This document shows positions 12,858 through 26,609 of a stretch of 64,000 nt of DNA, one piece after another. The DNA is from Vicugna vicugna. Taxonomy: Eukaryota. Where the stretch lies: NCBI GenBank assembly GCA_013265495.1, contig MU057947.1, positions 816,048-880,047 on the forward strand, given 5' to 3'. How positions within the stretch are numbered: position 1 is the first letter of the stretch; every line of letters begins with the position of its first letter. The position numbers and the translations under genes were made by a program. The notes below the pieces were generated by a model. The model saw only the letters and a program-made list of their open reading frames with translations. It had not been told where the DNA came from and ran no database searches.

Positions 12858-13000
12858 GCCAGGGGCTGTGCTAAGCGCTAAATGTTTTCTTCCTTTAATC
12901 CGCTCAGCATCCCACGAGGCGAGGACCCATCATTCTCGATTTGCAGATGCAGAAGCAGAGAGACTCAGAGGCATTTAAGTGATTTGTCTCCACCACACAG
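12858..13000 (-). mobile_element. MIR fragment
   Basis: GCCAGG..CTGTGCTAAGCGCT...TTTAATCC...TTTGCAGATG...GACTCAGAG...TTAAGTGATTTG is the reverse MIR core. Confidence 0.7.
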
Positions 13001-13684
13001 TTGCTGGGGGGCGGGGGGGGTGGCTGTCCTTGCAGCCCCTCTGTGCACCCCTGGGATTAGGAGACTCGGGGAAGCACTCCCCTACCCGGCCTCCCTGGGA
13101 CGGAGGGCTCCCAGTCCAGAGACTTACAGACTTAGCTCAGCACAGACCCTCCACGTACTCCAGTCACAGCTGCCCAGCCAGGTCCAGGGGCTCGAGTCCT
13201 CGTGACCACCCCATCTTTACCCCCCCACTTCTATAAAATAAGAAACCGAGTTGGGGGGAAAGTCAGGTGTTCACAAAGCCCCGTATCTACTCTAACTTGG
13301 GGGAAAATCTAAGAAAGAATGTTAGACCTAGAGGAAGATCAGACATCAAAGTGGACCACCAGACTAAGGGGAAGGCGGTGAGAAAGTGACAGAGCTGCCA
13401 TTTCTGCTCCCTCCAGGGTGGTCTTCCCACTCTCCTCTGCATCACTGACCTAGCAGGGCACCGAGGGGACCCTGTGGGTCACATGACTGTTCAAAGATGA
13501 TCAGCCCCTCACCACAGGTCAGAGCCGTCAGGAGTGGAGCCCAGGTGTGCGTGCCTGTGTGCACACACACATGCTCTCCGTCCGCCCCCGGCTGGGATCT
13601 TCCAGCCCACAGAGAAGGCTCCGTTCACGTGCAGAGACCTGCCCACCCCTCTGTCCTTAAGGCCTAATCCAACATCTCCTTTAA

Positions 13685-13748
13685 CCCCATAACCTGGCAC
13701 CTAACGCAGTCCGTGGCATACAGCAGGCAGTTAATAAATGCTCAAATC
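13685..13748 (+). mobile_element. L2/MIR-type 3' end fragment
   Basis: CACCTAACGCAGTCCGTGGCATACAGCAGGCAGTTAATAAATGCT. Confidence 0.5.
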
Positions 13749-15245
13749 AGGCCCTGGCAGAGGCTAGTGATGACTCCCCAGACACACATTCCACAGTCAA
13801 CACACCCTGGGCATCACGAGTGCAAAGTCTCGTCCTGGGCACGAGGGAGGGGGTGCTGCACGAGCTTGAGATTATCGGGGACAGTAGGGAGTGTGGACAC
13901 TCAAGTGGCTGAACATCACACAGGCCAAGTGTGAGCTCCTGGGGAGAGGAGGGCTGCGCAGTCGGAGATGGTGATGGAACTGCCACAGGCATCAGGATCT
14001 TTGTGACCTGGGAGTGTGTCATGGAGGAAGTGATGTTTGCACTGAGCTTCCAAGTTAGACTCCAGGTGTGATGAGCAGATAAGGAGAGGGTGTTCGGAGC
14101 AGAGGGAGCAGCACTGGAAAAGGCTGCGGACGTCTGGAACCAGCAGGCAGGGCGGTGGCGGGACAGCCAGGGTGAGGCCAGGCGGAGAGGCTGGCCTTCC
14201 CTCTGCATCCACGAGAGCCCCTCAAGGAGCCTGGGGAACATCCCAGCAGCACAGGCCCCCATGTGTAAGGGGGCTGGCAACTTCAACCTCACCCCAACCA
14301 CAGAAAGACCTGGTTGCACCCCAGATGCTGGTCCAGGAACAGAGCCCTGGAAACTGCAGGGCCCCAGGGTCCACCTGGCCCCAGGGGTCTCCACTCCAAG
14401 AGGGCAGGGCAGGGCCTGTGAGGCTCCACCACGGTGCCTGAGGGCTGGGTGAGTTCCTGAGCCCTTCTACAGCATGAAGGTCTGGGGGAGGGAGGGGACT
14501 GGTGGCCTGCGCTGCCTCAGGGTGCCTGGAGAGTTCGGAATTACCACGAGGAGAACTGGCTCCTTAGGACCCAGCTGGGACAGGACAGGCACCACTCGGG
14601 GAACAGGATTTCAGCTGGCCTCCACAAAATGTGGCTCATTTTATAGACCAAGAAAAATGAATGAATGGACAAAAGCATGACCCAGATTATGAAAATTCAG
14701 AAGAATCATGGAAAACAGCACTGCTGAAAGCACTGATGGATCTCACCCAAGAGTTACGGCCCTAAGCTGTTTTCTGTGGAATCAAAGGCAGCACCAGGTG
14801 GAGAAGGACCGGGCAAACTGTAAAGTGCCTGGTGGGGCTGGCAAATGTTCAGCAGAGTTATCGCTGTCATCTGTGCTGCAGGATGGGTCGCTGGGCTCCG
14901 AGCTGGAGGCAGGAGTCCTAATGCTCTTCCCTGACTCTCGGTTTCCTCCTCCTCAAAAGGGGAACCCCCCAGCCCTCACAAGGCTGCTGAGGTGGCCCAG
15001 GGCACCAGGGACAGGAAGGGGCAGCCAGCAACACGCCATCCTGTGCCATCTGAGCAGAGCCAAAGAAGCACTAGCGAAGATGAAAGAGGTGTGGCATCAT
15101 CGAACACAAGGAGACACAGCAGGTTTGATCTGAGAACCTGAATGAGAACCCCTTCCAGAAAAAACTGCCTTCAGATGGTCAGGAACAAATGTGAAGGGCT
15201 CACCATGAAGGGGGCGCCCCTGGCCAGGGGGCAGGGCCATGGGCC

Positions 15246-15401
15246 GGGGCTGCCCCAGGCCCTGAAGGACACTGGACGGCACCCCTGAACTCCACCACCA
15301 CCGACAGCAGCAACCTCACTCCCCAGCTGTCACAGCCGAAAAGGTGTCTGGACTTTGCTGAGTGTCCCTGGGGGCAAAGTCGTCCTGGGTCAAGAATCCT
15401 G
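15246..15401 (-). mobile_element. MER20-like hAT-Charlie relic
   Basis: CCCCAGCTGTCACAGCCGAAAAGGTGTCTGGACTTTGCTGAGTGTCCCTGGGGGCAAAGTCGTCCTGGGTCAAGAA follows the reverse complement of the recalled MER20 5' half. Confidence 0.65.
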
Positions 15402-17029
15402 GGGACACTCACCAAGCAGCTGGCACCCTCTTGGCTGAGGATACCGGAGGGATCATTGTGCCCTGCAGGGACTGGCCACTGGCCCTGGGGCTGGCCATTC
15501 TCAGGAAAGGGCAGTGGCCTCAGCCAGGCCAAGGCCTTGGTCAACTCCACCTTCACACCCACCCGGGGGGTCTCAGTGGAGGAGACACCCCAGCTGAGAC
15601 CTTCTCCTCTCCTGGGTGTCTGGCTGCAGAGGGGGGCCCACAGGGCTGGCCCCCAGCCAGAGGTGACCCATGGCCATGGCTGTGTCCCTGTTAGAGACCC
15701 TGGGTATGACTGCATCTCAGGAAACAGTGCCAGCATCCTCAAAGGCTCAGAGGCCTGGAGCCTCCAGGCACCTCATCTCCCCAGTCCCCACACCTGTGTT
15801 TCACCCCAAACCTGGCAGCCCAGATCGACCGCAGCCCAGCCCCACTCTCTCTAGCCTCACCCTGCCCAGGCCTCACATGACATTCACGCACTGTCCCCTG
15901 CAGATGCCCACGAAGGCAGGACCAGTGGGCTTGTTCCCAGGACAGCCAGGCTCCTGGAGCAGGGCAGGTGCACAGGGCTAAGCCAGCACCTCTGATCCAG
16001 GGAGATGCGCCACGCCTCCAGCCAGGAGGCCTCGTCAGGGGCCTGGCTTGAGCCGACCCTGCACTGAATCTTCTGCTCCTGGACAGACACTGAGTTCCCA
16101 TGGAGGCCTCTCTCCCCTCCAGAACCTCCTTACCTGCCAGGGGCTGAACGATCAGGTTTGCCCAGCAGATGCCCCTGAGCCAGAGCACAGAGGGTGGAGC
16201 TGATGCACCCCAGATGGCGCAGCTGCTCAGCAGTGGGGCCGGGAGCCACGCCGGGCCATGCCGGCCCCAGCGCCCAAACCCGGGAGGTCACACGTGCCTG
16301 TCTCTGGTCACCCTCAGGGCTTGCTCTCTGTGCATGAACTCAGACTCTGCCGAGCAGATGGGGGCTAAAATCTGTGCCCTTCCCCACACCCTGCAGTGCC
16401 TGGAAGGGCAGGCCTGGTCCTGGGCAGCTCTGTAAACAGCTGTGGGGTGCAGGTGAACCCCAGGGGCTGGCTGCAGGCCTGGGGGCAGTGGCCCTCCACT
16501 GGGCGCCTTGTGTACGTGAGCTCTGAGGTGTGTGTCTCGAGCTTGTGCTGTGACACCAGGGACCCTTGAGGCCCAGCAGGACCTGCCCACATCCTACAGA
16601 CAGAGGCCAAGGCCCATGTGGAAGGCCGGGCTCACCCAGCAGCATGGGCTCGAGGCAGGAGGGTCCCGAGTCAGCTCAGGGCGAGGCTGGCTGGCACGCA
16701 GACCTTCCTCCCACACTTTCCTGGGGCCCTGGGCTCCGCCATGCCCCTCCCCTCCCTGGGTCTCAGTTCGTCTCTCAAAAGATGGGCTTCAAGAGATGCC
16801 TGACTCTTGAGCCAAACCAGCAGGGCCAAGTTAGGGTGAGGGCACGGGAGCACCCCGCTGGCAGCAGCAGCAGCAACGCACAATCAGCGCTGTTATCATT
16901 GTGATTTTAGTCTCAGCAGCAGCAACAGCCAATGCCCCGACCGCTGACCACTCTGGGCCGTGGCCATGTGCCACCCCGTCACCCAGGGAGCTCCCTCTCA
17001 CTTCAGTGTAAACTACGCAGTCCGTCTCG

Positions 17030-17125
17030 TTACCTGCTCCTCAGAGGACAAAACTCAGAGGCTCAGAGAATTTAACTGCCCCAAATCACACAGCTAGTAA
17101 ATGAAGGGGCGGCATTCACACCGGG
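17030..17125 (-). mobile_element. MIR fragment
   Basis: CAGAGGACAAAACT..GAGGCTCAGAGA.TTTAACTGCCCCAAATCACACAGCTAGTAAATG. Confidence 0.65.
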
Positions 17126-19789
17126 GCCAGCCGACTCAAGACCCTTCCCCGGGACACAGCACACCTGGCCCCGTCCAGGTGCAGGGCGGTCAGCCATCCA
17201 GCGGGTGGATGCAGCTGGTCAGGGGGCCCAGCCCACAGCCCACGAGATGCAACCATCCCCGCTCTCTCGCAGCACGTGCGTAAAAGGACCGATCAACAGC
17301 AGACTCGTTTTCCAATAGGAAAGCTGTAACTGCCTTCCTGCAAATCAAATTAGTGCACATCAGGACTTCCATCCCACGTTGCCCTTGTACAGAAGTTTCC
17401 AGGAGTAAAAACCTGACACAAAGTCCCATGTGTCGTGCAGCCCCTTCATCTGACCTCGCGTGCTGGAATTCCAGAAAGTCCGCCTTCAAGAACTAGGGAT
17501 GAAGAGAGTGGCCTCTGCCTCCCTGGCATTAGACGCCTGTGAATATTTTAAGACGGACCCAGAATCTGTGTGCTGACATCCCCAGTGCATTGAAAACATT
17601 CTGATTGATAAAACAGCACAGGTGACGTTTGTAACACTGGGACACGGGGGCAAAATCAAGAACAGGTGATACACCTGGACCAAGTGCGCTGTACTTAACT
17701 GGGAGGGATTTCAGCTCCTCGAAGGCACCTTGCTGCTTCCTGAAGAGCCAGGTGCCAGCCATTTAGTCATAAGGCCAGGTGCGTGCCAGACACCAGCCGT
17801 CTGCCGGCAAAGGGGCGGCCGAGCAAGCGGACACCAGGAGGGGAGCTGTGCGAGGCTGGGAGCAGCGCACAGGTCTGTCCAGAGGGAACCGAGGGGCGAG
17901 GGCACCAGGGGCAGGGGAGGGGGCCTCACAGGCAGGGCAATTCAGAAGTCAAACTGAGGACGGGGGACCTTCGTGGGCAGAGAAGAGCTCACACAGCCCA
18001 GAGGTGTGGAGCCTGTGACCAGAGCCAGATCCCACGAGTCACGAGTCTGAGCGGGGACAGGGCGGTGGGGTGCGCGGCATCCCAGCGGCCGAGCTGAAAG
18101 ACTGCAGACAACCCCTCCAACTCGGGCTCGGCCCGAAGAGCACAGGCCTCAGGTCACACCAGGGCTCCCCCAGGACACGCCCAGGGCTCAAGGGATGAAG
18201 GGAGCCTGAGGGGGAGCTGGGCCCACTGGGACAGGCTTACTCACGGAACCAAAAATCCCAGGATAAAACAGAAGAAATAGGGCACATTCCCCCAGGGAGA
18301 GTGTGTGAACAAACACAGGGAGGACTGGAAATGGGGGCCCCCAAGAAACAGTGAGGCCACTGAGTAGAGGAGAGGGTACCTCACTGGAGGAGGCAGGCAA
18401 GACTTGAATGCACCAGGAGGGACTGGGACAGTTGCCCATGGCGTGCACTGCCCAAACCTGCCATGCAGAGGCCAGAATCCCCTGGAAAGTGGCTCCAGAG
18501 ACAACTCCAAGGAGGGCATAGTCCAAAGTGAAAGGGCCTGCCCAAAGTAGGCCTTCTTGGAGCTGCCAGGAGGCATGTGTGTGACAGTCCCTCCAGAGGA
18601 GCCACACCCCACCCTGAACCTGCTGCAGAGGAGCCCTGGGCCCCCTGCCCTTCAGAGCACTGAGGATGCTGTTACAGACAAGAGGAAAACACGTCTTATT
18701 TTCATCTTACCTTATTTTAATGAAGCCTGAAAAGCTGAACAACCAATGACAATGAATTCAGGTACTTGTTGCTTGATTAGTTTAACCATCTAGGCTCCAC
18801 AGGTGGTGGGATAAATTAAAACACCTACATCTCGAACATCGCCCTATTCCCGGCTGTAAAAACCACACGCAGCCCAGGAGGTCGACTTCAGCCTCAATCT
18901 CCACCGGCCCACGTGGTATCTGTTCTGGCCACATAGACTTTCCGGTGGCAAACAGACTTAATGTAGTTCTAAACTCAATTAAGTGAATGAAAGTTCTTGG
19001 TCTTCCCATAAATACGCTGAGATTTAGAGCAACCAGATCTAGAATGTTCTCCATGCAATTATTATCAATCATACCATCATCTGTCTTACTGGAGAAAGGA
19101 GCTCCTGAGACCTTGAGGCCACAGAGGTAAGGTCCCACCTGCTTCCATCCAGTGGCCCCACCAGGAGCCACCCCGGCAGCGCCTCCAGGTGGCCACACTG
19201 CGGTGAGCTCACCAGCCGTCCGGCCAGTCCTGCCGCCTGCGCTGTGGCTCTGACTGCGAGGAGCACCTGGGGAGCCTACCTTTCTTCACCTTCCCCTCCT
19301 ACCTTTGGCCCTCCCCCACCTCCACATCCAGACGCCGGAAGACAGTCAGGGCCCTGGAGGCTGAGTCGTCAGACAGAGAGGGTCTGGGTGGGAGGACCAC
19401 CGGCCCGCCCTCCTCTCATGCCCAGCACCCCTGCTCTCTGTCCTCTGCACTGTGCACTGCGCTCCCCAAGGACACGGAAATGGAGTGAACAGAGCTGACA
19501 CTGGGAACTGGCTTCCACTCAGTCACTGACACGTTGTCATGTGCTTTTTAGAGACCCTGACAGCCCCAGCCCAGCACTGCCTCGTGTCTGCTTCTGCTGG
19601 CGCCCACTCTGTGACCAGAAACGCAGAGAGGAGTGGGCAAAAGGCTCCAGTAGGAACTGTCACCACTCAGAGCCACATACCCCCGTCCTTAGGAACACGC
19701 AGCATCCAACCTTAGGTCAAGGTCAGAGGCTTACTCAGAAACCTAGCTGATGTGTAACACATCCGAGTCACTATGTAACTGTCACACAA

Positions 19790-20000
19790 ACAACTGATGC
19801 TCATTCTACGCATTTTTTAAAATACCGAAAAGTATAAAAAGAATACAAAACTTACCCATAAACTCACCATCCAGAGATAACCACCATTACTACTCTATTT
19901 CCTTATGGTCCTTTTCCCGTATTTAAAAAATTGAGGTCAGACAGTACATACATTTTTAGGTCCTTTCCACTCCATCATGTGTAGTAAGAACGTTTCTGAT
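19790..20000 (-). mobile_element. Old L1 (L1ME-like) 3' UTR fragment
   Basis: GAAAAGTATAAAAAG...ACCCATAAACTCACCATCCAGAGATAACCACCATTA. Confidence 0.45.
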
Positions 20001-23000
20001 CTATTCACCAATCTGCCTTTTAAACGGCTGTCTAGCAGTCCCTGACCTGGGGCTCCTGTAACCCCCCCGCTCCCGGCCGCAGACCCAGTGCTCCCCACTT
20101 CCTCCTGGGACAAGGACACAGCGCCCCTCTTCATGTGTAGACATTCATGGTTTTAACAGGCAAGTCTGATTCGTCACTGAGTAAACAAAGGTTGACAGGC
20201 CATTCCAGTCTCTTCTGTAGAATTTTCCGTGTCTTTTTTCATTTTTTTTAACCTATTCACAGCTAGATTTGGTCATAGTCACGGTGAAGATCATGAAAAG
20301 GGGTCTGAGGAGCCCCTGCAGGTTGAGCCCCTCGGGAGCCGTGAACAGGGTCCCCAGGCAGTACCCGGCCACTGCAGAGACATGACGGTTTCATTCCTCA
20401 AAAGGATTCTCCTTAGCATAAGCTCAGCTGGGGGAGGGCTGGAACTAACATGGACACATTCAGCGCCATGTAAGCGTCCGGAGGACAGCAACCTCCTTAA
20501 CGATGCATCGTGAAGACTGGGTGAGGAGCTGTTAACAGACATAAGATGGAAACTGAATTTAAAGCAAAGATAGTCAAATCAGTACCATATCTGGGGGGTG
20601 GACCCCTGACCCACTCCAAGAAGGCAAGCCAGACACTCGGCACCACGGTTTACCCCACAAGGGAGGGTCTCCAAGCACAGAGACACGGATCCATGTGGCT
20701 CCCTGAAAACACGCGCACGCACCTAGAGCCATTTTTTTTGCCGTGAGAAGAGGGTTCTACCCCACTCAGAGAGTTACTAAGGCATCACAAAACTTAGGGC
20801 CCATACAACAATGGGTCTTGTGTTTTCTTGGCCTGGGACAGGATGGCATTTAAGGAAGAAAAGGTCATGGTTTGACGTCAGGTCACTGTGGGCCCCTAGT
20901 GCTCTCCTGGGACCCACCCTTCTTGGAAAGCGAGGTGAGGGTCTGAGCATGGCGGTGAGGATCTTGGTGCACACTGCAGATCCCGACGGCCAGAGTGGAC
21001 CCCACTCAGCGCTACACACCAATGTGCCCTGGACGTGATGACTTTGCCAGTCACCCCTTTGAGAAATGGGCCCCAAAACAGCATACATCAAATAGCCCCA
21101 ACTGTTGACTGGCCTGCCTCAGACCGACTGTGAGTTGCCTGAGGGCAGGGCCATAGTCTCTCGTTCCTGATGGCTACTCTGATGCCTGATCAGAGCCCAA
21201 AATCAGAAACAGAACTGTAAAAAATGGGAGACTTTCAGGATGCATTTTCTGACTCTTACTCTGCCAGGCTCGGTGACAGAGACAATTTGGAGCCATTGAT
21301 TATTTCAGCCACCGAGACGAGGCAAGCTCAATTCATTCTGCCGCTTTCACAAAGTAAGGCCTACTGGCCGCAAGCCACCCGACCCGCTCTGTGGCCCGCT
21401 CCTCCCCAGCCCACCAGGCCAGGCTCGAAGGGACCCTCCTCCTCTGAGCCGCACCCCTGCAAGCTCTCCCGCAGAGCCTCGCTGGGTGTCTGGGGCCCAC
21501 CAGCATCCCAGCACCAGGCTGTGCCTCTCCAAGGCCTGCTCCCAAGCAACGCAGCTGTCCTCAGAGGAGACCAGGCCGAGACCCGGCCGTCCCCTGCAGC
21601 CAACAGGCTGTCCGGGGCCCAGGGGCGGTGTCCCCCGCCTCTCCTGGCCCCAGAAGGATGCGGGGCTGGTCTGCACTGGGCCCAAGGGGCGGGGGCAAGG
21701 GCAGTGTGGACCGGCGCTGGCGGCCCCGCCAAGCGCGCACACACGCGGGGCAGGAGCGCTCCGGCAGAACCTGGGAACTCATCTGACTTTCTAAGCAACC
21801 TCGGAGGCAAGGGGCACTGCTGCCATTTTCGTAACTAAAACGGCCAGAACGCCGAGACCGCGGCCTGCGTGGATAACCCACGTCTCACTGTGGGTTATTC
21901 GCTGGTGAACAAGCGGAACGAAGAGCTTCAAGGAAACAACACCCGCTGTCTGGGAGGGGTCCCCCAGCAGCCGGTCCTCCTCCCCTGGCCTCGGCCCCGC
22001 CCTCCCTGGGCCCCGCTGAAGGCCACGCGCCGTCGTGGCAGGAGGAGCCTGCCCTCACGTCTCTGCGCTGCTACTGATCTGATGTGCCACCTCATGATCG
22101 ATTGTTCCCTCTCCGAGAAACTAACGGCGTGCTTTCAAAGCTGGTATTTACTTGTCACCTTCACAGTTACTCCCATTGCCTGGAAGATCGATACGTCACC
22201 ATCGCCAAGGGTGACGTGCTGAGCAGGGCTGTGAGGAGACAGCACGGCCAGACACCCCTGCAGTGCTCCCCGGAAGACCTTCCTCGCTGAGCATTTTTCC
22301 TTCTTGCAAATTTCACATCTCAAACCACAGAGACGAACCAAAATCAGGTCAGCCTCCGCTTGTCCAGCACCGTGAAGTTACAGGAGCTGGAGAGCCAGCC
22401 AGCCCACCCAGCCAGGATGTCACCGCGCCGGCAGGTTCGGGTTCACAGGAACAATTAAAAGCAACTGCCATCCTCAGACACCCCAGCCGGCGCCGTCACC
22501 AAGACAAACTTCGCCTGTGACGGTTTTTTCCCTTTTTTTCTTTCCAGTTTCAGAATGCTCGGTGTACCAACAGGGCTGGCATGCATTTCACTCTTGACTG
22601 GGTACAGTAAGATTGCTAATCAGGATTACGTGATTCAGTCAACACTGATTTCAATAAAAAAGACCCCCCCCAAATTATCATAAATATAGAGAAAGTGCGG
22701 GCGGTAGTGACAGGTGATTAAAATCTCATTCGCTTGGAATCAGCCTGATTCACAGAGGCGGAGGCGGGTCGGTCCAGATTCCGCCGCGGTGATCAGTATC
22801 TGCCTCTCTGTGAGGCACCCCTGGGCACACGGGCACCATGGGGACCCACAGCCCAGAATGGGGGGGGCAGGAACAGGCCGGGAAGAAGGGGGTGCAGGGA
22901 GCTGCTCTGGGCGACCTGAGGGACACAGGGAGAGGCGACTCCAAACAGGATCACTGAAGACTCAGACTGACAGTGAGGGCTGAGAAATATTTCCAGGGTG

Positions 23001-23585
23001 AAGGCAGCCTGCTCAGCATTACTGATGGCATTCGCTCAAAGCAATTCCTCCACACAAGAGAGAAGGAAAAGGATCTTAAAACCCTTGGAAGCCACGGAGG
23101 GTCGGGTGGACCCATGAGTGGGTGGGAGGGGACCCTGTTCCCAACCCCCTGGACCTCTGCTGGCCAAATCAATTCCAGGAGATCTGGGGGCGTGTGGGGA
23201 GGCATATTTAAAGAGCCCAATGCCTCACTTGGATTTCTGTGCTTTCTCACACAGACCCCGCTGAGGCCCCGCTGTGCCCTAGGCAGGATCCAAGCCACTG
23301 GGAGAGGGCGAGGGAGTGGACAAGGACAGCCCTGAGGGGCAGCTGGGCACTCCCACCCCACCCCTGCCCTGCCAGTGCTAACCACTGGGCCTCAGCCAGG
23401 GCTGCCTGGGCACTGGTGCCCTCTGGACAGGCTCTGCCTAGCGGGCCAGCACTTGCCTCTCCAACCTGCCCCTCCCCCTCCTCCCCCCCTCTCCCCCAAC
23501 TCCCTTCTCTGGGTTTCAGGGGTCTGGGGAGGACCATCCCACAGATGAAGACACGGCCCTCTGCTCCCACGCTCTGCCCAGGCTG

Positions 23586-23770
23586 CAGTTACCAGATCTG
23601 CAAACGGAACTGTAGGACACCCATCTGAATTGCAGGCAAGCAACGACTTGTGTTTTAGGACGAGTATGTCCCAGATACTGAAGGGTTGGGATATACTTAT
23701 CCTAAAACATGAGTCACTGCTTACTTGAAATCTGGACTGAACTGGAGCCCTGTGCTTTGTGGGACAACCT
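23586..23770. mobile_element. MER53-like palindromic non-autonomous DNA transposon
   Basis: Ends GTTACCAGAT ... GACAACCT, with the central hairpin AGTATGTCCCA/TGGGATATACT characteristic of MER53. Confidence 0.75.
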
Positions 23771-26609
23771 TGGCCCGGGCTGAGCATGCCCCTCCCCACG
23801 CTCCAACCCCAGTAACCAAAGCCACTTCCTTCTCTCCACCTGGCAGTCATCACATCACCCCCAAGACCTGAGCGGCCTCCCACCTTCCAGGCAGTGACAT
23901 CCCCTTCCCCTGGGCTGGCCGCAGGGGCTCAGAGCAAGCCCATCGGGCACCTGCTGCAGGTGCAGCCTGAACTGCAAGGCCTCTGTCTCAGTCACCCTCC
24001 GCTCCTTGGGGCCAAGTGTCATCTTACGAGTTCACAGCTGCCCCTTGTACACAGTAGGTGCTCAATAAACACCAGTGACTCTAACTGAGGTTCTGGGGCC
24101 GCCTCCTCCTGGCGAGGTCCTCCCTGCTCCCCTCCTGGTGGCAGGCTGATGACTACCTTGTCTGCATACTATTAGGCGGCAGGCTTCGAGCTGGGGCTGG
24201 AGCGTCCAAGTCCACGCCCCCTCCTTTTTCTCCGACTCACGCCAGTTTCCTTACACACGCGTCCTGCTCCTACGGGGAGGAGGGGAATCCTGGAGGCTGA
24301 GAACAAGGGGAGCAACTCCACAGGCACCCGATAAGCCAGCACACGGCTGCACACTCAGCTCTCAGCTGCCCCGCCTGTGGTCAGACCTGAGGTCAGCAGG
24401 ACACACCACCGGCACCGTGGAGCCCCGGGGGTGGCCCTCGCAGAAGCCCAAGTTCACTTCTTCTGCAAAGCTGGGCCTCTGGAACCTCCTGGAGCCTCTG
24501 GAGCCCAGCGCCCGAGGTCTGGATCAGGACGGATCCTTCGACAACTGCCTGCTGTGTGTCTGGGTGGTGTAACCTGGATGTGGGGCCAGTCCTCGTGGGG
24601 AGCCCCGCTGGGGAGCGGGAACAGGACAACGCCCTGGGCTGCTTCACACAGAGGGACTCTGGAGGGTCCTCCTGTCACCTGCCTCAGCCCCCAGCACCCA
24701 GAGTGGAGTTGGGGCCCCTGGGATGGGCTGCCTGAGACCTCCTCAGCTGTCAGAGGGGACAGTGGGTCCCGCCCCAGTGTCTGGGATAGGAGGGAGGGCC
24801 CAGTGCCGCCATCCTGGACACAGGTGAGCACGTCTGTCTGTCTTGCAAACTCCTGCCAACAGGGACCTCCATGAGGGCACAACAGGTGTGCATGCCCGTG
24901 GGGCTCCACCCCCAAGAGCTGCCTTACAACTAAGCATGAGGCTGGGAACCCGCCGGGGGAGGCAGCCACCGCAACCCCACAAGGCTGGCACGCAGCACGG
25001 GGAGACACCTCCCGCCCAGAGCCACACGTGGCTTGCCCGCAGTGCCCTGCACAGGCAGTTCTGGGGCGCCAGTCCTAACCTCGGCCCCACCGAGCTGGTG
25101 TGTCGTCCGTTAGTGTAGGCGAGCCCAGAGGCCTGACCCACACTCACCAAGGGTCGCCACCACCAGTGGGAGGCTCAGATCCAGCCCCAAGCCCAGCCCC
25201 TGCCGCACCAGCCACGCTGTATCTGGCCGTAGCAGGTGACCTCCGGTAGATGACAGGAGAGGCCCAAGGGAGGCCCAAACCATCCCCACGCAGGGTGGAT
25301 CCCAAGAACCCCAAGAGCACCAAGGACCCTCTGTCATCACCCCACGGAGAGGGGCTTCCTGAAGTGCCCGCCCCGCCCAAGCAGCCAGGGCCCAGGGCTG
25401 GCTGGACAAGGGCAGGGCGGCAGGCGCAGAGTCGCTGGGACAGCACACAGCCACTCACAGCAGCTTCCGGTGCTCCAGAACCACAGACTCCCGCTGTGGA
25501 ATTCCACAGACATCGCAGACTAGCTCCTGCACCCTCTAGACAGTTTACCAAGTCCCTTCTCTCCACTGACACCACACAGCAGCCTGGGAGGTGAGGAGGC
25601 CAGGACACAGCCCAGGTCTCCGGCTTCCACCAGGTGGGCCCCTCCCATCAGGTACACCTCAGGTGCTGACCCCAGGGGTACGGAGGGCCCAGGGGTGACC
25701 AAGTCGACAGCCGAGAGTTCAGAGCAGGAAGAGAAAAGGCTTCTCAGGGCCTGGCCAGGAGAGGGGCTTGGGGGGCTCAGGAGAGGGGGGGCTCGGGCAG
25801 GGAAGGGCTGAGTAACAGGGTTCCGGGGGTGGGAGGTACAGGGACACCTCGCACACACACTGGAATTCCCAGCTTTGTAAGAGGTCTTGCCCTCTGCCTG
25901 CCTGGTGCTGAACTCCACGTGATTCATTGTATAAGAGCTCTCAGTCACAGTCCACCCACCCCACCTTGGGCCCTGGACAGGAGGCTCGAAGGCCAGCTGA
26001 CTGCAAGAAGGAGCAAACGGAATCTCTCGGAGCTGGAGGGCCTCCGGGAGCGGGCAGCACACGTGGGCGCCTCCCAGCCGTGGAACCTTGAACCTGCACT
26101 TGGGATCAGATGACTCAGGAAGGGAGAGGGCTCGGGTTCTACGGCTGCAGAGGGGTCCCCGGTTTGAGCAGAGGGTGGATGGCTTCCAGGGCAGTGTCCA
26201 GCTGCAGGATGGAGGGACAGGCATCCAGAGGTCCCCAAAGGCTTCCCCAAGGGACTCTAGGAAGGGGGACCCTGAAAACAGAGGCCCCCGGGGACACGCA
26301 GTAGAAGAGGCCAATGGGCAATGGTCAGAAAAACGAGCAAGACTGTGTCCCGCTTCCCAGCACTCGCAGCACATCAGCCCTGTCGTCCTCCCACTCCCCT
26401 GCCCCGCCCAGGGGGCTGTAGGGTCCATCTGTCTGTCCACACGTGCTTATAAAGCAGTACAGGTGGGCCAGAGGGGACCCCAATGGGCCTGGTACAGGAC
26501 CACAACTGGGACTTCTTGAGAGGAGAAAGATCACCCACCCCTGGCCCATGGGATGGCCCCGGGCTGTGTCTGTCTGTGCATGGGGTCTGGGTCCCAGCTG
26601 GGGTCTAGT

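Noticed and set aside
25520..26440. 306-aa minus-strand ORF
   Set aside because: No recognisable domain, in GC-rich intronic DNA with overlapping ORFs in other frames.
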